This document shows positions 10,440 through 19,978 of a DNA stretch of 64,000 nt, in pieces. Both the position numbers and the translations under genes were made by a program. Every line of letters starts with the position of its first letter. Position 1 is the first letter of the stretch. The notes beneath the pieces were generated by a model. That model was not told the DNA's origin and made no database searches. It saw only the letters and a program-made list of their open reading frames with translations. Source of the stretch: an uncultured Planctomycetota bacterium (GTDB lineage: Bacteria; Planctomycetota; Planctomycetia; Isosphaerales; Isosphaeraceae); contig CAWGMQ010000010.1 of NCBI GenBank assembly GCA_963823665.1, positions 1,312,001 through 1,376,000 of the forward strand, read 5' to 3'.

Positions 10440-11594
10440 CTTGGAGATCCTCCGCTGGAATTCAACACCTCCCGCCCGTCGACACAAACAGATACAAGGT
10501 CGAATTCATTCGCGTGAGAATGTCGAAAAACCACGATGCTGGCGGGCTCTCCTCTGGTCAGGCCAGGCACGCTCCGCCCCAGCAATCTGGCGGGGTTGGC
10601 CGTCACGGTGCGAATGCATTCCTCGAGGCTCCAGTTTGTGGCCTCAAGCAGCGTCCCCACGCCTTTTTCGAGCCCGTGATTCGCGCCGGCCAGATACGGC
10701 GTGCCGGCCACGACGATGCGCCCGGAAGGCTCAATCTCCCACTCGCCGTACCGCCCCGGCGGCAGCCCCGCCAGCGGGCTCGCGTCGCTAACCAGTATGG
10801 TGCGTGTAGGCCCCTTCGCCCGTGCGAGCACCCGCAGAGTCGCCGCGCTCAGGTGATGTCCGTCGGCAATGAAAGAAGCATCGAGGCTCGTCAACCGCTG
10901 CCTGTTCCCAGATTGGGTTCGGGTGTCGGGGCAGCATCCCGGCGATGCCGTTGCCCAGGTGCGTGCTCAGCTTCGCACCGGCCGCGACCGCCTTGCGAAT
11001 CACGCTCCCGTCGGCAGCCGTGTGCCCGAGTGCCACGACGATTCCGGCATCGCGCGCCCGGCGAATGAACTCGATCGCCCCGTTCCGTTCCGGCGCCAGC
11101 GTAACGATGGCAATTCGCCCGCCCGCCGCGCGTTGGAACTCTTCGAATAACGCCCAGCTCGGGTCACGAATCGCATCGGCCGGGTGAGCCCCGCGATAGC
11201 CGTCCTGCTCCGAGATGAACGGCCCTTCGACGTGGATGCCGACGACTCTTCGAGCGACCTCCGGATCAAGATCGCACGCCGCGGCGATCGTTCGCAGGCC
11301 GTGGACCATGTGGTCCACCGGCGCCGTGATGAGCGTGGGACAAAGCCTGGCCGTCCCCAGTTTGCCCTGATAATGCACAATCTCTTGAACCTGCTCGACC
11401 GTGAGCTCCGGACTTGAGAACGAACGCCCCCCGTGGCCGTTCATCTGAATGTCCCAGAACGCCGGCGCGACCCACAGATCGGTGGGTTCGACGAGATCGG
11501 GGCCGTCGGCCGGCCCGATCGCCTCGATGTGCCCGCCGCGAAGCTCCAGCTCGACCCAGGACGAGCTCGCGTAATTGCGCGCCACCAGTCTCAT
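10436..11594 (-). CDS. nagA: N-acetylglucosamine-6-phosphate deacetylase (frameshift ~10890)
   Basis: DIQMNG, PTLIT, GIHVEGPFI, TLAPE, LGHT and THLGNG motifs; second frame IADGHHL, LVSDA, TANPARLLG. Confidence 0.88.
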
Positions 11595-11647
11595 GAGAAA
11601 TACTGCTCTCGCTTGCGCGCTGGTCGTGCAATTGGAGCCCGGCACGC

Positions 11648-12196
11648 TCAGTCGCGCGTGAGCGTGACCGTATACGCCAACACGGTCAATTGCCCTGTGG
11701 AAATGCTGACCGTTCCATAAGCCTGCAAGCTCCCCGATGCCTTCGCGAAACGGCCGGAGCCGCCTGCGACGGTTCCGCTCCAGGAGAACGCGTAGCCCGG
11801 CCCGCTCTCGTAAATCGCCCCGGTGAATTGAATATCGAGCTTGGCGCCGCTCGAGTCGACAAGAGTCCCGGTTCCGTTCACCAGGTCGTATCCGACGATC
11901 GCCCCATTCTCGAGCGCAGCCCTGTATCGGGACTTGCCGTTGAAAGTGCCCGTTCCGAGAGGTGCCTCCGGACCCGCCGCCAAGAACTTGTCTGTTCCCT
12001 GGCCAGGTTTCCCCGCCTGGACCATTTGACCTTCGAGCGATCCGTAGACCTGATGGATCCCGGTCGCTTTTGCGACCCGCTTGAGCTCCGCCGCCGGCCG
12101 ATCGGCAACTGCAATGGCGCTCATCAGGTCGCGTGATTCAAGGGTCTCGACCCGCAAAGCTTGATGGCGACACGGCTTCCGCTTGTGGAGCGACAT
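11648..12196 (-). CDS. Small planctomycete extracellular protein
   Basis: LRVETLESRDLMS motif followed by a beta-rich domain (WSGTVAGGSGRFAKASG); GGAGG RBS before ATG 12196. Confidence 0.75.
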   Translation of the reverse strand: MSLHKRKPCRHQALRVETLESRDLMSAIAVADRPAAELKRVAKATGIHQVYGSLEGQMVQAGKPGQGTDKFLAAGPEAPLGTGTFNGKSRYRAALENGAIVGYDLVNGTGTLVDSSGAKLDIQFTGAIYESGPGYAFSWSGTVAGGSGRFAKASGSLQAYGTVSISTGQLTVLAYTVTLTRD

Positions 12197-13514
12197 CGAT
12201 CGACCCTCCAGATTGGTCGTTCCGCGGTCGGGGCAACGGGACCGCCGCAAAAGATACGCACTCTTGTGCCGATGCTACCTCGTCTTGCGACGATACCATT
12301 TGCAGCACTTGAACTTGCGTCGAATCGTCCGCTCCGTTTTCCCGGGTTAAGGGAGCAATTCGGGTAGCACCCTCGGTTCCGGTCGCCGCTAGGGCTTCTG
12401 CTTCCGGCCGCGGCTTGGGAGCCAGGTCCGGAAGTGCCTGCACAGCACCGTCGATATCGAACCTGGACGCTTTGGCGTAGATACCGATGGTCAGCTTCGG
12501 GTCAGAGTGCCGGGCAAGCACCTGGCAAGTCTTTACCGACGCTCCGGACGCGACGATATACGAGATGTAGCAACCCCGCAAGCTGTGAAAATCAACCACC
12601 CCGGAATCGGTCTCGTAGGGAATGCTGGCAGCTTCCAGGTCGATCCGCAGCATTTCGGCCGTCCGATTCGTCAACGTCCCGAAGATCGCCTCTCCTGGTG
12701 CCTTCTGGGCCAGCCACGGGCGAACTTGATCGGCCAGAGCTTGCGCCAACGGCTGCACAGCTTCCTGTCCGTTCTTCGTGTAAGCAGCCCGGCAGCGAAC
12801 GGTAGGAGGCGACGCGACAAGTTTGAAGTCCTCGGGTGTCAGGGATCGCAGTTCATCGGCTCTGAACCCGGTTCCGAGTGCCAAGCTGTACAGCACGGCG
12901 CGCTCAGGGCCTTCGATACCTCGGAAGATTGGCCCGCGCTCCGCTGCCCGCACCACCCGTGCGGCTTCCTCTGGAGTCATAGCCCGGCGAACCCGCCGCC
13001 GGTCGCCCTCCGAACTCGTGGTGGCGAGGTGTGCAAGGTGGTGATCTCGAGCCCGTCCATCCTTCCAGAGCCATCGGCTGAACGCCTTGACCGAGCGGAT
13101 GTAGTGATTGATGGTTTCGGTACTTAGCCCTTCACTACGAAGTACCACGGTCGCGTCAAGGGCCTTCGAGAGCGACAAGTCAGATATCCGCCGGCTCTTG
13201 GTCAGCTCGAGCATCCGGCTGACTTGCGTCGTCGTCGTGAGCGCGTGTCCGCTGTTGCTGCCTTTGGCTGCCAGGTATCGCCCATAATCCGCGGCGTGCT
13301 CCGCCAGGGGCTTGGCCTCGTGCTTCTGGTAGGCAAGATCCCGCGGGTCGATCTGTCCGTTCTTGATCTTGCGGGCTTCCGTCTCGAGCTTGACCGCCAG
13401 CTCTTGTGACGCTCGCTTGTCGGTGTAGCCCTTTTTCTTCCGCCGGTCGCCGTTGGCGTCGAAGTAAAGAATCGTGTAGCAGTCTGCGCCCTTGGCCTTG
13501 AAAACCGATGCCAT
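12138..13514 (-). CDS. int: Tyrosine recombinase/integrase (458 aa as integrated; last 37 aa host-derived)
   Basis: GTGFRADEL (R), TKN (K), DFHSLR (HxxR), LARHSDPKLTIGIY (H, Y); N-terminal arm-binding-like MASVFK...YTILYFDANGDRRKKKG. Confidence 0.95.
   Translation of the reverse strand: MASVFKAKGADCYTILYFDANGDRRKKKGYTDKRASQELAVKLETEARKIKNGQIDPRDLAYQKHEAKPLAEHAADYGRYLAAKGSNSGHALTTTTQVSRMLELTKSRRISDLSLSKALDATVVLRSEGLSTETINHYIRSVKAFSRWLWKDGRARDHHLAHLATTSSEGDRRRVRRAMTPEEAARVVRAAERGPIFRGIEGPERAVLYSLALGTGFRADELRSLTPEDFKLVASPPTVRCRAAYTKNGQEAVQPLAQALADQVRPWLAQKAPGEAIFGTLTNRTAEMLRIDLEAASIPYETDSGVVDFHSLRGCYISYIVASGASVKTCQVLARHSDPKLTIGIYAKASRFDIDGAVQALPDLAPKPRPEAEALAATGTEGATRIAPLTRENGADDSTQVQVLQMVSSQDEVASAQECVSFAAVPLPRPRNDQSGGSIDVAPQAEAVSPSSFAGRDP
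12253..12270 (+). repeat. Left attachment site
   Basis: GATACGCActcttGTGCC, 15/18 identical to 28139-28156; lies inside the 3' end of int. Confidence 0.75.
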
Positions 13515-13515
13515 G

Positions 13516-13719
13516 TCACTTCGCCTTTCTCGTGGTTGTGATCCGCAGGCCCAGTAATTCGGCCAGCTTGTCAAGATTCGCCAGCGATAGCCCAGCTTGC
13601 CCGTTGACGAATCGAGACATCGACGCCCCGTCAATGCGCGTCCGCCGGCAGATTTCGTAGTGCGTCAAACCTGATTGCTTGACCGCTTCCCGGATTTGGT
13701 CAGTCAACGTATCGCTCAT
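13516..13719 (-). CDS. Cro/XRE-like HTH regulator
   Basis: LTDQIREAVKQSGLTHYEICRRTRIDGASMSRFVNGQAGLSLANLDKLAELLGL; stop lies 1 bp before the int start. Confidence 0.85.
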   Translation of the reverse strand: MSDTLTDQIREAVKQSGLTHYEICRRTRIDGASMSRFVNGQAGLSLANLDKLAELLGLRITTTRKAK

Positions 13720-13826
13720 CTCAGCACCATCCACATCGCGCCAGCCACTCCCACCAGTAGCGACAACAGCGTCAGGTCAACCCCCACGTCGATGATTGCC
13801 AGGGTTGCACACTTCAGAATTCGCAT
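13716..13826 (-). CDS. 36-aa single-TM peptide
   Basis: MRILKCATLAIIDVGVDLTLLSLLVGVAGAMWMVLR; GAGAGGGGG RBS; ATGA overlap with the HTH gene. Confidence 0.55.
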   Translation of the reverse strand: MRILKCATLAIIDVGVDLTLLSLLVGVAGAMWMVLR

Positions 13827-13868
13827 TTCCGCCCCCTCTCGTTTCGTTATTCTCACTGCCATGATGGA

Positions 13869-13897
13869 AGTCTATGCTTTGCTTGTTTGAAAATCAA
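13869..13897 (-). promoter_or_regulatory. Candidate sigma70 promoter for the peptide-cro-int operon
   Basis: TTGATT-17 bp-TAGACT on the minus strand. Confidence 0.45.
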
Positions 13898-14298
13898 CGG
13901 TGCAGCGATGGAATTCCGCCCGATTTTTCGGACTCCTTCCAGATCGGTTAGAATGTGCACGTGATTATACTATCATACATAGTGAGCGTACACGTGTACT
14001 CCCCCGTAAACGGGCATTTCTTGCCACTAAGTGCACACCATTTCGCCACCCCCTTAGAGCGCAAGGGGGTCGCGCAATTGGCTTGGCATCCGCCCTCCAA
14101 TCGGCGAAACTGACCACCATGAAAGCGCTCAAAGGGTCGGCGGTTTTGCTGCCATCGTCGGCAGTATGATCTTCTACGCGTGGCTGCGCCGCGGCATCCG
14201 TGGCTCTGGCTTGGGATTTTCGCCCCGGCGCCGCAGGTAAAGCGCCCGCCTCAACCAGCTCGAGCGCGGGCACCTCGACCCTTGCTTTTCTAAGGCAC

Positions 14299-14790
14299 TC
14301 AATCGGCCGATGGATCGAACATCGATGCCGGCTTGCCCAGAGCCTTAGCAATCTTGGAAATCGTAGCGTGCGATGGGCTGTGCTTTCCGGTTTCAAGTCG
14401 GCTGATGTGGCTTTGAAGCAACCCCGCCTTCTGTGCAAGCTGCGCCTGCGTTAGACCGGCGGCTTGACGCTCCTTGGCGATCCGCTTGCTGATGAATGAA
14501 ATCCACGCCAAGAGCCCCGACTTCGGCGAATTCGGCTCCGATGGGCAGTCCATCTTTCGCGAACCTGATGGCGCCTGTTCCAGGATTTCGCGCATCGTCA
14601 CGACGCAGCTTTCAAATTCCTCAGGATCTGCGGTCGGCAGTACCTTGACCAACTCGAAAAGATCGTCCCTGTCATTCTGGTTGAGACGCTGCACGCGATC
14701 CAACACGATCGCGACGGCCATCGTCAAAGCCTCATGGCTAAGATTGGACTGCGCAGAATCTAGTGGTCCGTGAAGCTCCTTGGTAGGCAT
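14299..14790 (-). CDS. HigA-like XRE antitoxin
   Basis: C-terminal RQAAGLTQAQLAQKAGLLQSHISRLETGKHSP HTH; downstream of a RelE-like gene. Confidence 0.8.
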   Translation of the reverse strand: MPTKELHGPLDSAQSNLSHEALTMAVAIVLDRVQRLNQNDRDDLFELVKVLPTADPEEFESCVVTMREILEQAPSGSRKMDCPSEPNSPKSGLLAWISFISKRIAKERQAAGLTQAQLAQKAGLLQSHISRLETGKHSPSHATISKIAKALGKPASMFDPSAD

Positions 14791-14845
14791 GCTATCCCTT
14801 CCGAATTCAATATAATCGAATAATCTTGCGTGGGGCTCGCGCGGG

Positions 14846-15259
14846 TCACGCCGCCGAATAGCCGCCATTTCGATAGTTTCTGGCCCTCCTTCGCATCCGA
14901 ATCTTCGCACCGTTCGGAGTCGGTCCGTCATTCTGTTTCTTGATCCCGCCCAACACGACGATGATGGTTCTGTGCTTGTCGAGCAGAAAGAATATGCGGA
15001 CGTTCATCCCTCCCAAGATACCGCCCTTGTCACGTAGCTCGAAGTAGTCTTCGATTGCACGGATGTCGGCGGTAACGCTATGTGAAGGATCATTTTCCGT
15101 AGCCAACTCCTTGAATTGGAGTGCCAAGTGGTGATATTGGGCTCGGTTCACGAATCCCATTACTTCGTGGTACCCCTCGTTGAGAATCCGGACGCTCCAC
15201 CGATAGCCAGGCGGCGGTCCGCCCCCCTGCGTCACGCCAACCTTGACCTCTTTCGCCAT
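14846..15259 (-). CDS. RelE/HigB (Gp49-like) toxin
   Basis: DYFELRDKGG..NVRIFF....IIVVLGGIKKQNDGPTP pattern; toxin-first gene order. Confidence 0.8.
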   Translation of the reverse strand: MAKEVKVGVTQGGGPPPGYRWSVRILNEGYHEVMGFVNRAQYHHLALQFKELATENDPSHSVTADIRAIEDYFELRDKGGILGGMNVRIFFLLDKHRTIIVVLGGIKKQNDGPTPNGAKIRMRRRARNYRNGGYSAA

Positions 15260-15292
15260 ATTAATCGTCCTTTATCCCCAGGCGCCTTGAGG

Positions 15293-15362
15293 ATTATACA
15301 ACAATCATAGTGCGCTTCAACAGTGTTCGCTACATATTATACAACGCAACGGTGCTACTCAA
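15293..15362 (-). promoter_or_regulatory. Duplicated -10 elements upstream of the TA operon
   Basis: GTTGTATAAT twice on the minus strand (15293-15302, 15336-15345), each preceded by TTGA(AG/GT). Confidence 0.55.
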
Positions 15363-15557
15363 GATTCTCGCCTGTTCGTTGTGCGCCCTTGAATTCGAGC
15401 CCGATGGCGAGCCGCCTACCCCTTCTCGTGCCCCGTCACGTAAACCCCGGTCCGCGCGAGCTTCGATATCGGCGCGCTCTCGGTCGCCCGTCCAATCCCT
15501 CGACCGAAGCGCCGCGGGCTTCACAGCGAGGCGTCTAGGCGATGGAATCCACGTCAT
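15330..15557 (-). CDS. Hypothetical protein
   Basis: ATGA-coupled to the upstream gene; no recognisable motif. Confidence 0.3.
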   Translation of the reverse strand: MTWIPSPRRLAVKPAALRSRDWTGDRERADIEARADRGLRDGAREGVGGSPSGSNSRAHNEQARILSSTVALYNM

Positions 15558-15757
15558 CGTCGCTTGCTCTTGGCTGCGTGCCGGAATGGTAACGGTTTCG
15601 CCGTTCCACAATCTGGGCAGACTGCCCGCGGCCCGTTGTCGCTGGCCCGGATCACAGTCACCGCCCCGCACTGGCACGGCGACCCGGAATCGCGCCGCGG
15701 GTCCACCGTCCCTGTCGCCCTCTGGCCGCTCCGGCGTTTCCCCAGGATGATCTTCAC
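15554..15757 (-). CDS. Small Zn-ribbon protein
   Basis: CQCG...CPDCG; GTGA overlap with the upstream stop. Confidence 0.55.
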   Translation of the reverse strand: MKIILGKRRSGQRATGTVDPRRDSGSPCQCGAVTVIRASDNGPRAVCPDCGTAKPLPFRHAAKSKRR

Positions 15758-16032
15758 CGCCGGCGCTCCCATCCCCGAATCCAAAAGCAAACTGCCAGGT
15801 TTATGAGGCACACCGCCGCGCTTCCGATGAAAAACGTCCACGCGATCGGTCCCTGTCCGTTGCGCTGTTGCAGCCAGAGCCCCGCCAGTGCCATTGCCAT
15901 TGAAGCCGTTGACGTCATTTCAAGCACCAATCCAATCCGGTCGCTCCGGCCCGCGGTTTCGGGCAGCGCTTCGACCAGTTCGTCCACTTTCGCCTGGCTG
16001 TTGCTCTCTGAACTGGTTTCGATAATCCGCAT
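15754..16032 (-). CDS. Two-TM membrane protein (possibly holin-like)
   Basis: GAGGAGG RBS; two hydrophobic segments and a basic C-terminus (RGWERRR). Confidence 0.6.
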   Translation of the reverse strand: MRIIETSSESNSQAKVDELVEALPETAGRSDRIGLVLEMTSTASMAMALAGLWLQQRNGQGPIAWTFFIGSAAVCLINLAVCFWIRGWERRR

Positions 16033-16064
16033 GGAAAGCACCTCCTCGTGGTTGTGAACAAACC

Positions 16065-16364
16065 TCAGTCTGGAATCATCCCAGGATATGGCGGGCATGC
16101 CACCGGCTCCGTGGGGGCATCGCACTCCCCGCCCCCGCACCGTTGGCATTTCTTCACCACCGGCGTAGGCAGTCCGAGCGCCGCGGCCGCTTCCTGCACC
16201 TCGGCATCCGTGGTCGTGATTTCGCCCTTCGCTCCGTGCCACTGCTTGACGAACAATGCCGCGTAAGCAGCCTGGCTCCAATGGTCGCCCAGCTCGTGGA
16301 CGAGTCGCTGAAAGTGCGGCTGATGCGCGACTGCCTTTTCGATTTCAGGTAGCGTGATCGTCAT
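16065..16364 (-). CDS. Hypothetical element protein
   Basis: 99-aa ORF, ATGA-coupled to the upstream gene. Confidence 0.6.
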   Translation of the reverse strand: MTITLPEIEKAVAHQPHFQRLVHELGDHWSQAAYAALFVKQWHGAKGEITTTDAEVQEAAAALGLPTPVVKKCQRCGGGECDAPTEPVACPPYPGMIPD

Positions 16365-16762
16365 GATTCAACCCTCTCAAACCTGCCGATTGGGCAACGC
16401 TCGGTTGAGGCCCATAACTTCAGAGACCCGCAGCCACAAATTCGACATCGTTGCGAATCGGCGTTGTAATGCTCGCATGCCTGGCATAACGCTAAACGTT
16501 GCTCATGGATTTCTGGCGAGACTTTGACTGCATGGCCAGTCAGAACAGCACCCGCCACTCGAGCGGCTGCGCCCAGAGCGTTTACGGCCATCTGCGCCAT
16601 GGTCGGAAACTCCTGCGGTGCACCCGTGGCGATCTCGAGAACGATTTCCCGATAGCGACCGCGCTGCCATTCGTCCGGATTCTCATCCGAGCAAAGCCAG
16701 CGATAACGCTCGTGTTTTGTTTTTCCGACCACGATGTCTAGGGCTTCGGGTAGTGTCATCAT
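16361..16762 (-). CDS. Cys-rich Zn-binding phage-type protein
   Basis: RLALCQACEHY...RCRICGC..KL...ERCPIGRF; ATGA-coupled on both sides. Confidence 0.7.
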   Translation of the reverse strand: MMTLPEALDIVVGKTKHERYRWLCSDENPDEWQRGRYREIVLEIATGAPQEFPTMAQMAVNALGAAARVAGAVLTGHAVKVSPEIHEQRLALCQACEHYNADSQRCRICGCGSLKLWASTERCPIGRFERVES

Positions 16763-17583
16763 TGGGTCACCGTGACGCCAATAGTCGGTCCCGTGCAATT
16801 CCCATACACCGTGCAGAAACCACCGTCTCCAGCACCATTGGCGCAGCCGCTGCCAATCAAAAAACTTCCGGTTTCGTTTACTGGGTAGCAGGAGCTTTGT
16901 TCCGGCCCCACCCCGGTCATATTGGTGGATATCTCGCTGCTGAAACTCGAGCCGCTCGTATCGGGGCACCCGTTCGAATCGGTTGGGTAATTGTGCGGAC
17001 AATACACGGACGCTCTATCAATGCTGGCGCTTATGCAGGGATTGTAGCTGTACTGTAATTCCACCGTTCCGCCCACGCATCCGCATGCCGCGCCATAGGT
17101 GTAATTGATGCTGCCGATGTAATTCAACGAGCTTCCCGTACCAACGATACTTAATGTTCCGTAGGGGTAAAGTGTGACTGCTCCGACAACGGCGTCGGTA
17201 AGTGTGAGTTGATCGGGGTACATTAACAGAAGGGCTTTGTTTGGTGACGCTGTGCTCCCTGTTACGGTAATGTGCTGTGTCGTCGGAGTCGTGAGATAGC
17301 CAGACGGCGCCGACATCGAAAAGTAATATGTGCCCGTGCTTGACACTTCCCAAACAAACTGGCCGCTCGAGTTAGTCGTCCCTGACGCAACGACGGTACC
17401 GCCTGAATTGTTTTGCTGGACAGTTATCGTGATCCCTGAGAATCCGCATATCTTTGTGCTGTCACACCACCATACCTGAACGGTGTGATTCGCACCGCAC
17501 CCACAACACGTCCCAATCGACCAGGCGCCGTAGGCGGCATAGAGTAGGCAGACGAGACCAATGATCAACAGGTAGACCATCAT
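16759..17583 (-). CDS. Cys/Thr/Gly-rich beta protein with N-terminal hydrophobic anchor (putative virion or surface protein)
   Basis: MMVYLLIIGLVCLLYAAYGAWSIGTCCGCG, then prealbumin-like VVASGTTNSSGQF...GTYY; A/T-richer codons. Confidence 0.7.
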   Translation of the reverse strand: MMVYLLIIGLVCLLYAAYGAWSIGTCCGCGANHTVQVWWCDSTKICGFSGITITVQQNNSGGTVVASGTTNSSGQFVWEVSSTGTYYFSMSAPSGYLTTPTTQHITVTGSTASPNKALLLMYPDQLTLTDAVVGAVTLYPYGTLSIVGTGSSLNYIGSINYTYGAACGCVGGTVELQYSYNPCISASIDRASVYCPHNYPTDSNGCPDTSGSSFSSEISTNMTGVGPEQSSCYPVNETGSFLIGSGCANGAGDGGFCTVYGNCTGPTIGVTVTQ

Positions 17584-17801
17584 CGCCCCTGCTGCTCCTG
17601 CTGGCCAGTCTGGTAGATGCCAGCGCCCTTCACCTGATCGGTCGGCACCACGAGAACGTTGCCGGCCTTCAGTTCCACGAGACAGAGAATCGGGTGATCG
17701 GGTCCGCGGTCAAGAATTCCGAGCCAGAGCCCCGGCCCCTTGTCGGTGACCTCGACTGACCGCGGCGTGTTGAAGATGCCGTGTTGCGTGATCACTTCCA
17801 T
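17580..17801 (-). CDS. Small beta-rich hypothetical protein
   Basis: 73-aa ORF with GAGGT RBS, coupled to the next gene. Confidence 0.6.
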   Translation of the reverse strand: MEVITQHGIFNTPRSVEVTDKGPGLWLGILDRGPDHPILCLVELKAGNVLVVPTDQVKGAGIYQTGQQEQQGR

Positions 17802-17827
17802 ACCTCAAATCCGGCCCGCCGTTCATT

Positions 17828-18088
17828 TCATTCCGATTCAAGCATATCCCTGACGTCTCCGATCAACGCGAGCGCTTCGGCGAGCACCGACTCTGCTTCC
17901 GTCGGACCCTCGTTCAGCCTCCGGCGGAGACGGTCGTTCTCAGCCTTCAGTGTCTCGTTTTCCGAAATGAGCTGGTTAATTGCAACCAGCGCCTTGCCCG
18001 GCTGCGTCGCGATTGCCCGAAACATCTCCTTGATCTCTCGCTCGCGCGACTTGCTCACGATGTCGGTCATCTTGGCGGGGATCACCAA
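17828..18088 (-). CDS. Coiled-coil hypothetical protein
   Basis: LISENETLKAENDRLRRRL heptads; GGAGG RBS. Confidence 0.6.
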   Translation of the reverse strand: MVIPAKMTDIVSKSREREIKEMFRAIATQPGKALVAINQLISENETLKAENDRLRRRLNEGPTEAESVLAEALALIGDVRDMLESE

Positions 18089-18564
18089 TGTCCTCCTTCT
18101 CGCTCCCGCTGCCGCGCTGCGGCATCTTCTGCATAAGCCGCTTTCCGCTCGCGGTGTTCGACTGCTGAGTCCACCTTGTTCTGCGTGATCAAATAGCCAT
18201 AGATCGCTTCGAGCCTGGCTGTATCTCGTCTGAGCTCCGCAACGGACATGTTGAGCATCCCGGCAATCTTCCTGTCGAGCGCGTCAGTCCCCGCGATTTC
18301 GCCCGCTGCAAGCGCTCGTGCGATTGCTTGATCCGAGCCGGGGGTAACAATGCCCGCCCGGTCTCGCATGCGATCAAAGCGAGCTTTCGTTGCAGCCCTC
18401 TGGAGATTTACTTCGTATGTCGCGATTGCCTGTTTTTTCACCGGCTCAAGCGAGGTCAGAAGCGAGGCGACTTCGGCCATTGCTTCCGTTCGTTTCTGCT
18501 CAGCCACTTCCCGCGCGATGGTCATCATCTGCGCCGGAGTGAGTGCCGCCGTTCGATAGCTCAT
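18082..18564 (-). CDS. Helical hypothetical protein
   Basis: 160-aa Ala/Glu/Arg-rich ORF; GGAGGGGG RBS; ATGA overlap. Confidence 0.65.
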   Translation of the reverse strand: MSYRTAALTPAQMMTIAREVAEQKRTEAMAEVASLLTSLEPVKKQAIATYEVNLQRAATKARFDRMRDRAGIVTPGSDQAIARALAAGEIAGTDALDRKIAGMLNMSVAELRRDTARLEAIYGYLITQNKVDSAVEHRERKAAYAEDAAARQREREGGHW

Positions 18565-18743
18565 TTCCCCCTCCGTTGTGACTGGCGTAGAAAGGCCCCC
18601 AATGGCCCGATGGATTCCACGGTGCTATCGCTGGCCTCTTGACGCTCTTGCTCGAGCCGATGACGCTTCTCAGCTTCGCGCCGAGCCCAGCGCCTGTTTT
18701 CCTTCGGCCGCGTGTCAATTGCCCGGCAGAATTTGTTGTCCAT
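18561..18743 (-). CDS. Small hypothetical protein
   Basis: 60-aa ORF with GAGGT RBS, directly after the capsid gene. Confidence 0.5.
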   Translation of the reverse strand: MDNKFCRAIDTRPKENRRWARREAEKRHRLEQERQEASDSTVESIGPLGAFLRQSQRRGK

Positions 18744-18752
18744 TGGATCACC

Positions 18753-19976
18753 TCAACGCTGGGCAATCGTGACTGCCCACCCGACTGTTGAACCATCCGT
18801 CGTGGTAAGCGTGCTTGGCCAGATGCTGCGCCCATCCCCTCTAAGCTTGAGCCGCACCGCGACCTCGTCAGATAGGAAAAAGACGTCCTCCGAGTAGGAT
18901 CGCTCCATCACACCCTCGGGTAGCGCGATGATTCCAGTGTGCCCCTCATCGCGCGGCAGACTGATGTCGAACGACAGAGTGCTAAGATCGTTCTTCGTCA
19001 CCCTGCGAACACATAAGTGATATTGTGACCAGTCCGCCAAGACGAGATCCGCCGGAGTCCCAATGGCGGAGCAATTTTCGTTCACAATGCATGGCCTTCC
19101 CTTGATCAAAGGAAATTCATTCCCCGCCACCCCCTGCGGAAGGTAGATCGCTGATGGCCAATTCGCTGCCGACGCTACTTCATCGATGCTGCCCAGAGTC
19201 GCGTCCGTGCAAGACCAGATCGCGTTCCGCTTGCACGGCCCGTACAAACTTTTCCACATATTTGTGATATTGGTTTCGCTTATGGTGCCGCTGCTTTGCC
19301 CGCTGTCCTTTGCGATCTGCACAACCCCGGCCGCGGGCAGTCCGCTGCCTGGCACCACCACGCCGGAAGGCCCCGCGATAATCCCTTGGATCATGGCTTG
19401 CTCAAGCTGGAAACGGATTTCCGACTCGGCCGAATAATCCAAGAGAGGCATAATCAAATCCGTGTCCGCGAACAGGTCGCGAGACATGGGCGGAAATTGC
19501 ACGATCAATCGCGAGCAGGAAAAATTCACCCGCGCTGCCGATGGTTGCGATTGGAACTTCGATTGCGAAAGATCGGCCGTTTCTGACGTCGCCCAAACCC
19601 CCAGCACACCACCCCACCGGCTCCCGGCCGCTCTCGAAGATTCCCCGTAGACTGGCAACACAAAATCGCGCTGATTCACGGTGATGATTCGACAGCGCGC
19701 GAGCGGACCGTCAACCGTCCGGGCTTTGTCCCAAACTGCCGTTGCCCACTCGGGCTTGAGCGTGAAACCGTAGTCCTGTCCCTGATACCCGACACCGGTT
19801 CTGATTTGCAGGTCCTCAAGGTTCATCAAGCGTTCGGTCGAATCGAACGTCAGCAATGAACGCGCGGCCGTCGCTGCGAAAAAGCCGAATGGCGTAACGT
19901 CGTCCGCTGCGATCGGACGCAACATGGCTCGCGACTTGCGCGGTTTCGGCATTTCGATCGTAGTGCCGTGCAACAT
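18753..19976 (-). CDS. HK97-fold major capsid protein
   Basis: YGFTLKPEWATAVWDKA (GGxLVP-equivalent), MSRDLFAD, IKGRPCIVNE, DLVLADWSQY, FLSDEVAVRLKLRGDG. Confidence 0.85.
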   Translation of the reverse strand: MLHGTTIEMPKPRKSRAMLRPIAADDVTPFGFFAATAARSLLTFDSTERLMNLEDLQIRTGVGYQGQDYGFTLKPEWATAVWDKARTVDGPLARCRIITVNQRDFVLPVYGESSRAAGSRWGGVLGVWATSETADLSQSKFQSQPSAARVNFSCSRLIVQFPPMSRDLFADTDLIMPLLDYSAESEIRFQLEQAMIQGIIAGPSGVVVPGSGLPAAGVVQIAKDSGQSSGTISETNITNMWKSLYGPCKRNAIWSCTDATLGSIDEVASAANWPSAIYLPQGVAGNEFPLIKGRPCIVNENCSAIGTPADLVLADWSQYHLCVRRVTKNDLSTLSFDISLPRDEGHTGIIALPEGVMERSYSEDVFFLSDEVAVRLKLRGDGRSIWPSTLTTTDGSTVGWAVTIAQR

Positions 19977-19978
19977 CG

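Noticed and set aside
18753..19976. Capsid gene as an encapsulin
   Set aside because: It lies in an att-bounded element with terminase and replication genes and has no cargo enzyme.
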